From Candidatus Latescibacterota bacterium (GTDB lineage Bacteria > Latescibacterota > UBA2968), in assembly GCA_965204375.1 (NCBI GenBank), contig OZ241986.1, positions 4,032,001 to 4,096,000 of the forward strand: a stretch of 64,000 nucleotides of DNA, written 5' to 3'. Shown here piece after piece: positions 57,421 through 64,000 of this stretch. Every line of letters begins with the position of its first letter. The stretch's first letter is position 1. A program made the translations under genes and the position numbers. The notes beneath the pieces are model-generated. The model was not told the DNA's origin, ran no database searches, and saw only the letters and a list, made by a program, of their open reading frames with translations.

Positions 57421-58686
57421 TTAAGGACTAAAAAACACGCGATTATTGATCACCTCACCTGCCTCTTTATCCGGATAACGAGACTCCCCATCAAAAAAAA
57501 CAAAAGGTGGGAATTGCCCTGCGGGAATGGTATTGGCGCCAGTGGGACGTTCCAGATTCGCCTCATTAAAAATCGCATCCTGCGGCAAAGCGAGCTGCGA
57601 TTCCCAATCCCCATCCTGCAAAGTCAACCAGATCAGGCGTTTATCCTCTGTCTCCCAGTTCAATCCACGCGTGGGTTTGCCATCATTCCAGCCCTTCCCA
57701 AGCGGCTGAAGCTCCAGCAACGCATAAAGCGTACCCGCTTCATCCACACTAAACGCCCCTCGACACCCCGTCGGACGGTGATCTGGAAAACCCGCATCAA
57801 TGGACTTTCGCTGCCACACACCCTGTGCATCGAGCCGGGCATATACAATCTCCCCCGGCTCATCCAGATGCGAAACATAGAGAATATGTGGTCCCTCAGA
57901 AGAAACCACAATACACCCCTGTGAGAGCACCTCGGGACGGGGCATAGGCTCGTGGCGTTCATCCTCCTCAGAACGAACGAGAATATCGAGCTGCTCGGGC
58001 CGCGCTGGCAACTCGACGCGCGCACCATCGGCCCTCTCCCAAGACTCGCCACCATCTCGACTGCACATATAACACACAGCCTGATGTAACCCACGCTGAT
58101 CGCGGATGCCTATACCCTCATAAAAATCCACCACAAGATGAATAACGCCATCAGCATCGATAGCCATACCCGTTTGAAACGCACCGTAACCAGTATAATC
58201 CTCACGGCGTTTAATCAACTTCCCGCGTTCTCGCCAGGCTTCACCCTTATCTTTAGAATAAAAATCCACACCATCCCAGCGATTGGGCGACCGCACCGTT
58301 AAAAAAAGCGCATCATCCAAACCGCACACAACAACCGGATAAGTCCCCGAACCAGCCGGCTCACCCTCCGTCCATTCACTCGCATCATTGGGCCGCACCG
58401 ACCGCCGATATGTCACTGGCGAATTATGACCGCTCATAATAGCCTGCAAATAGCCCTCGTGGTCAATGGTCATAACCGGACGCGCGTGATTATCGCGCCC
58501 CTGATTAAGCGTGAACGGTCCCAAACATTCCCCAGTATCGCGATCAAAAGTGCAAACCCTGTTAAAATAGCCCTCACCTGTCACATCCTGCCAGACCACA
58601 TGCGTTCTGCCATCGTGCGTAACAACCTTATTCCCCGCGCCAGAAGTTGCGCGTTCACTGCCAACTTGAGAGATTAATCTGGACAT
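57421..58686 (-). CDS. BNR-repeat (BNR_4-like) beta-propeller protein
   Basis: DNH..P...D..G....SGH, TYP, S.DGG.SW. Confidence 0.75.
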   Translation of the reverse strand: MSRLISQVGSERATSGAGNKVVTHDGRTHVVWQDVTGEGYFNRVCTFDRDTGECLGPFTLNQGRDNHARPVMTIDHEGYLQAIMSGHNSPVTYRRSVRPNDASEWTEGEPAGSGTYPVVVCGLDDALFLTVRSPNRWDGVDFYSKDKGEAWRERGKLIKRREDYTGYGAFQTGMAIDADGVIHLVVDFYEGIGIRDQRGLHQAVCYMCSRDGGESWERADGARVELPARPEQLDILVRSEEDERHEPMPRPEVLSQGCIVVSSEGPHILYVSHLDEPGEIVYARLDAQGVWQRKSIDAGFPDHRPTGCRGAFSVDEAGTLYALLELQPLGKGWNDGKPTRGLNWETEDKRLIWLTLQDGDWESQLALPQDAIFNEANLERPTGANTIPAGQFPPFVFFDGESRYPDKEAGEVINNRVFFSP

Positions 58687-58788
58687 ATCGAACTCCCTTG
58701 AGTGTATCATATCCTGAACCGCTCAAAAACCGATCACGGATTAATCGGATGACGCGGAAATACGCGGATTAGAAACCAAAGCTACTGA

Positions 58789-59814
58789 TCACATGCTAAA
58801 CCGCTCAAAAATCAGATATTGATACGAATGTTCTTCCCCCGCCTCATACAAACACCCAACATCTCCATCGGGTAACAGAGCCAGACAGGAATACGCTGCC
58901 GGACCCTCGTGCAACAACTTTTCCCGGGACCACGTCTGCCCACCATCCTCGCTCAACCGCACAGTCATATTCTCGCGCTCCCCTCGTCCCTTCCCCGGAT
59001 AAAACCGATCTCCAGCTTCGGGACTTTCTATCGGCGTGAGCGACACGGGATTTGAAAAAAACAATCGGTCGCCTTCGCCTATCAAACTCGCCTGACATTT
59101 TGGACACGGCAAATTCGCATCGTGTACAACCTCCGACCAACTGTGTCCACCATCCCCACTCACCGAAATCCCCCGCAACCCTTCGCTATACGTCTGCATC
59201 CGAATATTCATCTTCAACGACCCATCTGATAATTCCACAACCTGGCATTCATTCGCACCCGGCGCGATCAACGCGCTCAATTGCCATGTCTCACCATGGT
59301 CATCGCTATAAATCGTATGCGAACCATTGCCATAAGTCTCATCCTCCCGATGATCGCACGGAATCACCAGCCGCCCCCTGTGCTCCCCCCATTGCAATTG
59401 AATACCAACACCCGGACCCGTCGCATACCAATTCCACGAAGGCTTCTTCACAACCGCAGTAATCTCCGTGGGATCGGCCCACGTCTTCCCATCATCCCCA
59501 CTATGCGTAATGAACACATCGTCATTCTCCCGACAAAACGGCAACCAGATCACACCCGTATCACCATCCACCGCAGGACACGGATTGCCAATCGTCACCT
59601 CTCCAGGCTCCCCGTAAATCAACAACTGTTCAGACCACGTCTCCCCGCCGTCCTCCGACCGCTTCACCAGCAAATCGAGATCCCCGTGATCCCCCCGCCC
59701 GGTGCGCCGCCCCTCGCAAAACGCCAGCAAAGTCCCCGCCTGTGTCACCAGCAATGCGGGAATGCGATACGTGTGATACCCATCTTGTCCACTGGTATAT
59801 ACATGTGTCTTCAT
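58789..59814 (-). CDS. Sialidase family GH33
   Basis: YRIP motif, multiple SxDxGxTW Asp-boxes, AYS..., LYE. Confidence 0.9.
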   Translation of the reverse strand: MKTHVYTSGQDGYHTYRIPALLVTQAGTLLAFCEGRRTGRGDHGDLDLLVKRSEDGGETWSEQLLIYGEPGEVTIGNPCPAVDGDTGVIWLPFCRENDDVFITHSGDDGKTWADPTEITAVVKKPSWNWYATGPGVGIQLQWGEHRGRLVIPCDHREDETYGNGSHTIYSDDHGETWQLSALIAPGANECQVVELSDGSLKMNIRMQTYSEGLRGISVSGDGGHSWSEVVHDANLPCPKCQASLIGEGDRLFFSNPVSLTPIESPEAGDRFYPGKGRGERENMTVRLSEDGGQTWSREKLLHEGPAAYSCLALLPDGDVGCLYEAGEEHSYQYLIFERFSM

Positions 59815-59829
59815 TTTTCCTCCCTTATA

Positions 59830-60705
59830 TTATGACCTCTCCACAGGAACCAAACGCAGCGCATTCTCGCAATAAATCTTTCGCCTGACATCCTGTGGCA
59901 AATCCAGCCTCTCCAAATGCACCTGCAGCGCATTCCCCGGAGCATCGCGCCCAAAAAGTAAACGATCCTGATATTCGATCAAAAAGCCCTGCCCCTCATC
60001 CGCCATCCGCTGTAACGCATTCAAACCAGAACCCGCCGACAAATCCGCCCACAGATTCGCATATTGTGCAAACAGATCAAACAAACGCCCCCCCGGCACA
60101 ATCGGGCCCGAAGGATATACATCCGGATCCGTCGCCTCATCCCCACTCACATGCCGCCAGAAACCAGGCGCGTGACCGACAAATATCGTATCGGGACACG
60201 CCTGCAACGCCTGCTCCAACGCGCCAATCTCCCCCCCATACCAGTGCTCCTGATACACCCCATTCAAAAACGGCGTATCAATATGCAAAACCACTGGCGC
60301 ACCCAACTCACCTGCCTTGCGAAACAACAAAATCGCACGCGGATCGTTCAACAACATGCGATAGCTCCACTCCCCACACACCCGAACGCCATGCGAATAA
60401 CACGCAGCCTCAAAAAGCCCTGCTGCATCGCCCTCCGAAGGACAGGGACAATATCCCGCCACAAACCGATCCGGATACTTCTCACACGCCCGCGAAAGAT
60501 CACTCAACGTCGTACCCGCATGTGTGCCATCGGGCCGTGCATTGACCGGATTAAATACCCGGTGGCTACTCGCGACATGCTCACCCGGCGGCAAATACCA
60601 CGTCAGCAACCACGCCACATCATACCCGAACTGATCCATCTCATTCAACACACCCTCGGCATTCAAACCGTGATAATAAACGTGATTGTGTGCATCAATA
60701 ATCAT
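59830..60705 (-). CDS. Amidohydrolase_2 family protein
   Basis: IDAHNH, VLH, GH, DLSAGSG, LFGRD, ENA.RL. Confidence 0.85.
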   Translation of the reverse strand: MIIDAHNHVYYHGLNAEGVLNEMDQFGYDVAWLLTWYLPPGEHVASSHRVFNPVNARPDGTHAGTTLSDLSRACEKYPDRFVAGYCPCPSEGDAAGLFEAACYSHGVRVCGEWSYRMLLNDPRAILLFRKAGELGAPVVLHIDTPFLNGVYQEHWYGGEIGALEQALQACPDTIFVGHAPGFWRHVSGDEATDPDVYPSGPIVPGGRLFDLFAQYANLWADLSAGSGLNALQRMADEGQGFLIEYQDRLLFGRDAPGNALQVHLERLDLPQDVRRKIYCENALRLVPVERS

Positions 60706-60805
60706 TGTTAAACCTCTATTTCGTGATTTTTCTTGACGAAGATTCAATCCGAAAATAATATTAAGCACTGCACGATTCAAGAACGAAAATCCCAATCACG
60801 GTCAA

Positions 60806-61744
60806 ATGTCCAACTCTCAATTAGATCTCTCGACAAAAATCGCCAAAAGGCTCACCCTTAAAAACCCCGTCATCATGGCATCGGGCACTTTTGGACACGG
60901 CGCCGAATACGCGTCCCTCTTTGACCTGAGCAAAATCGGTGGCATCGTCACAAAAACCATCACCTATCACCCCCGGGCGGGCAACCCACCGCAGCGCACT
61001 GCCGAAACGCCATCCGGCATGCTCAACGCCATTGGACTGACCAACCCGGGCATCGACGCATTCATCGCCGAAAAAGTCCCACCCCTTGCCGCACTCAACA
61101 CCGGACGCATCGTCAGCATAGCGGGAACATCGGACCGGGAATTTGCCGACATGGCCGCCCGGTTCAACGACCTCGAAGGCATAGACGCCCTCGAACTCAA
61201 CATCTCATCGCCCAACATGAAAGACGGCGGCATGCTCTTTGGCTGTTCCGAACGCGCCGCCCACAACGTAACCCGAGCCGTCAAAGCCGTATCGCAATTG
61301 CCCATCATCGTCAAACTCACCCCAAACGTAACCGACATCGCCGCCATAGCCGGCGCAGTCGAAGAAGGCGGAGCAGACGGCATCGCCCTCATCAACACTC
61401 TGTTGGGCATGGCAATCGACATAGACACGCGCCGTCCCATCCTGGGAAACATCACAGGCGGTTTATCTGGACCCGCGATCAAACCCGTCGCCCTCGCCCT
61501 CCTCTGGAAAGTCGTCGAACGGGTCTCTGTCCCGGTCATCGGCATGGGCGGCATAGCCACAGCGCGCGACGCCATTGAATTTCTCATCATTGGCGCATCC
61601 GCCATACAGGTTGGAACCACAACCTTTGTTCGCCCTCTTGCAGCCCTGGAGATACTCGATGGCATTGCAGACTATTGCAAAACACACGAAATCGACCGCA
61701 TATCCGACCTCGTCGGCAGCATGCAACCACCTGCGGCGCATTAA
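60806..61744 (+). CDS. pyrD: Dihydroorotate dehydrogenase family 1B catalytic subunit
   Basis: ASGTFG, GNPP.R.AET, LNISSPN, KLTPN, GGLSGPAIKP. Confidence 0.9.
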   Translation: MSNSQLDLSTKIAKRLTLKNPVIMASGTFGHGAEYASLFDLSKIGGIVTKTITYHPRAGNPPQRTAETPSGMLNAIGLTNPGIDAFIAEKVPPLAALNTGRIVSIAGTSDREFADMAARFNDLEGIDALELNISSPNMKDGGMLFGCSERAAHNVTRAVKAVSQLPIIVKLTPNVTDIAAIAGAVEEGGADGIALINTLLGMAIDIDTRRPILGNITGGLSGPAIKPVALALLWKVVERVSVPVIGMGGIATARDAIEFLIIGASAIQVGTTTFVRPLAALEILDGIADYCKTHEIDRISDLVGSMQPPAAH

Positions 61745-62177
61745 AATTTCCCACTTACTCTGCATCCTCCTCTGCGTCTCCATCATGGGATGTGCCTCGC
61801 ACCCCCGCTATCGCGCCAAACCCATCACAGACAAACCAAAAACTTCCAAACCCTCCAGGACCGTATCCCCATCTCCAAAATACCGATCATCTCAAATAGG
61901 CTACACATCTTACTACGCGCACAAATTCCACGGACGACCAACAGCCAGCGGTGAAATCTACGACATGAACGGCTTATCCGCCGCACACCGCGAACTGCCC
62001 CTCGGCACAATCATCCGCGTCACACATCTAAGCAACGGCAAATCCGTCGTCGTCAAAGTAAATGACCGCGGGCCTTTCGTTGACGGACGCATCCTCGACC
62101 TCTCCCTCGGCGCAGCCAAAAAGCTCGACATGGTCAATGAAGGCGTTGCCCGAGTCAAAATCGAAATTGTCAAATAG
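61731..62177 (+). CDS. rlpA: RlpA septal lytic transglycosylase lipoprotein (start uncertain)
   Basis: Lipobox IMGC; FHGR.TASGE, AAHR.LP, VNDRGPF..RI.DLS. Confidence 0.88.
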   Translation: MRRIKISHLLCILLCVSIMGCASHPRYRAKPITDKPKTSKPSRTVSPSPKYRSSQIGYTSYYAHKFHGRPTASGEIYDMNGLSAAHRELPLGTIIRVTHLSNGKSVVVKVNDRGPFVDGRILDLSLGAAKKLDMVNEGVARVKIEIVK

Positions 62178-62183
62178 GATAAT

Positions 62184-62564
62184 ATGATGAAATGGAAAGA
62201 ATGGCAAACTGTAGCAGACGATGAAACTCTGTGGATAGATAATAAAGAAAAAGGGCTACTCAAAGCCGAATATCTGACCGCTTACGTCTTGCGCCTCTGG
62301 TTTGAAGAAGACCTCGATGTTTCAATTTATGATCTGGATTTTTATCCCCTCTTTGTTGAAGAAAATCCAGGAGGCGTTTTTGAGTTGCTACGCAATAAAG
62401 AGCGATTTCATCAGGTAATTGGCAACTATGCCTTGATTTGGCCCAATCCCGAAACAGGTGAATATGACGAACAAGCCATTGATCTTGCTCCCGAATGTGT
62501 GCGTTTTTTTTGTGAACGTTTTGGCAAAATTGTAAAAGGCCTCCAGGAAGAGCAGGTCGCCTGA
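62184..62564 (+). CDS. DUF2442-like protein
   Basis: A.Y...Y.L.L.F, GVF..L.....F..V....L.WP....DLAPE. Confidence 0.65.
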   Translation: MMKWKEWQTVADDETLWIDNKEKGLLKAEYLTAYVLRLWFEEDLDVSIYDLDFYPLFVEENPGGVFELLRNKERFHQVIGNYALIWPNPETGEYDEQAIDLAPECVRFFCERFGKIVKGLQEEQVA

Positions 62565-62601
62565 TACGAAGATCGATATTTTAACAAGTCCATTCCCGTG
62601 C

Positions 62602-62845
62602 TCATTCTGCACTACCCCGCCCAATGCGGCGGCTGATATGGAGAACATTATAGCTAAACCCCATATCTAAAAAACCGCGAACAAGCGCGGCATAACCCAG
62701 CATAAACACAATCTGATCGCGCGACCACAGGCCAATACCCTCAAACCGCTCCGCCAGAAGAAAAACCGCTGTAACACCCGCCAGATTGAGAATAATATCG
62801 GAAACAATATTAATGAGAAAAAACCGAAAATCCCGCGTCATCCAC
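62602..62845 (-). pseudogene. ABC-2-type permease fragment interrupted by the IS605 element
   Basis: Hydrophobic helices with I..WS..Q..F..G and I.R.I..G pattern; truncated at both ends. Confidence 0.6.
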
Positions 62846-62890
62846 GTGATTACTCCCAACGCTAAAGCAGTTGGGCTTCTTGGCGGTCAA
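62846..62890 (-). mobile_element. IS200/IS605 right end (hairpin + TCAC); 3' part of the predicted omega/reRNA
   Basis: Minus strand gaagcccaac-tgctttagc-gttgggagtaatcac immediately after the tnpB stop. Confidence 0.8.
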
Positions 62891-64000
62891 GCCACCTGAC
62901 TTTGTAATCCCAAAGTCAATATGTTTAGCGCAGCATTGTGGTCTCTGTCAGTGGTATAGCCACACTTTTTGCAATGATGCACACGATCAGAGAGGGCTTT
63001 CTTCTGTCTATGTCCACAAGAAGAGCAATCTTGTGAGGTGTATTCAGGATCAACAGGCTTGAATCCAATACCAGCTTCTTCCGCTTTGTATTCGAGACAA
63101 TGCCGAAACAGGAACCACGCTGCGTCTGAGATGCTTTTTGACAAGCGACGATTCTTTTGCATCTTTTTCGCGTCTAACTTTTCTGTTGCAACAAAGCCAT
63201 ACTTATTGACGACTTTTCGAGCTTCTTGGTGGACAAAATTATGTCGTCTATTACGGATACGCTCATGCACTCTGGCAACAGTCTTACGTGCTTTCTCTCG
63301 TTTTTTTGGCGACGCTTTTTTTACTTTGTCCCACTTGCGCTGTGCTTTTGCAAGTGCCTTTTCCTCTTTACGAAAAAAGCGAGGATTAGCGATCTTTTCT
63401 CTATCAGAAAACATAGCAAAATTATCAAGTCCCACGTCAATGCCAACGGCGGGGCCAGCGTCTGTTTTTTCAGGCGCAGTGCCTATATCACAAGAGATAG
63501 TAACAAACCACTTGCCCGTCGCTGTGCGTCTGAGCGTGCAAGACTTAGGCATACCCTCAAGGGGTCTGTGCTGCACAATCCGAATACAGCCTATTTTGCC
63601 CAATCGCAAGCCCTTATCGTCCAATCGGCAACCATTGGAAAACTGAGGATAGGTGATAGAATCATAGCGATTCTGACCTTTGTATCTGGGAAAGCCAGCT
63701 TTCTCACCCGTCTTTGCCCGCTCTTTGACACGACGAAAGAACGCCTTGAATGCAAGATCAACCCGTACCGCGACCTGTTGCAACACCTGACTATACACTT
63801 GCGTAAATTCAGGTCGTTGTTTCTTCATCAATGGCATGGTTTTTATCTGGTCATAGCAGGACAAAGACTGATGCTTTTGCTGCCATGCTTGTACTCTCAC
63901 ACAAAGAAGCTGGTTATACAGCAAGCGACATTCTTCGCTATGCGCCGTCAGGATTTTCTCCTGTTTTTTCGTCGGGCGCAATCTGTATTTTACGGACTTA
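62887..64000 (-). CDS. tnpB: TnpB RNA-guided endonuclease (IS605 OrfB); start lies beyond the window
   Basis: KYRLRPT N-terminus, GFPRYK, RuvC GIDVG / ATE / DRD.NAA, Zn finger CSSC...CKKC. Confidence 0.93.
   Translation of the reverse strand, partial: KSVKYRLRPTKKQEKILTAHSEECRLLYNQLLCVRVQAWQQKHQSLSCYDQIKTMPLMKKQRPEFTQVYSQVLQQVAVRVDLAFKAFFRRVKERAKTGEKAGFPRYKGQNRYDSITYPQFSNGCRLDDKGLRLGKIGCIRIVQHRPLEGMPKSCTLRRTATGKWFVTISCDIGTAPEKTDAGPAVGIDVGLDNFAMFSDREKIANPRFFRKEEKALAKAQRKWDKVKKASPKKREKARKTVARVHERIRNRRHNFVHQEARKVVNKYGFVATEKLDAKKMQKNRRLSKSISDAAWFLFRHCLEYKAEEAGIGFKPVDPEYTSQDCSSCGHRQKKALSDRVHHCKKCGYTTDRDHNAALNILTLGLQSQVA

Noticed and set aside
57421-61744. Strong C/A-rich plus-strand bias
   Set aside because: Same direction as in most host genes in the window regardless of gene strand, so consistent with replication strand skew.

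Overview
Bacterial chromosomal window, mostly housekeeping and catabolic genes: rel, glgP, uvrA, rnr, sodN, CIRCE-groES-groEL, pyrD, rlpA, a GH5, a sialidase and an M14 peptidase. The double-length UvrA, dockerin/EF-hand-tailed secreted protein and beta-propeller sigma54 activator suggest a Latescibacterota/FCB-PVC-like organism, but this is weak inference. A ~14.7 kb defence-like island (about 13.4-28.1 kb) follows uvrA. It holds: (i) a non-autonomous IS1595-derived cassette with intact terminal inverted repeats carrying an MTase and a PD-(D/E)xK nuclease; (ii) a Panacea antitoxin with a nonsense-inactivated MazF-like toxin; (iii) an XRE-HTH + IrrE/ImmA-regulated ubiquitin-like operon (Ubl, DUF6791/ThiF, DUF6527) preceded by a strand-specific structured RNA-like element; (iv) a complete IS256 with an 8-bp TSD; (v) a tightly coupled HerA-NurA-N4C-methyltransferase operon; (vi) an IS630 remnant and an orphan membrane protein. 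Elsewhere there is a frameshifted tandem-fused UvrA, a hydrolase-degenerate short Rel, a RelE-like toxin with a Cys-rich insert, a sigma54 activator next to a perfect -24/-12 promoter, and an IS605-type TnpB element inserted in an ABC-2 permease gene at the right edge. All family calls come from motif recognition by eye; no database searches were run.
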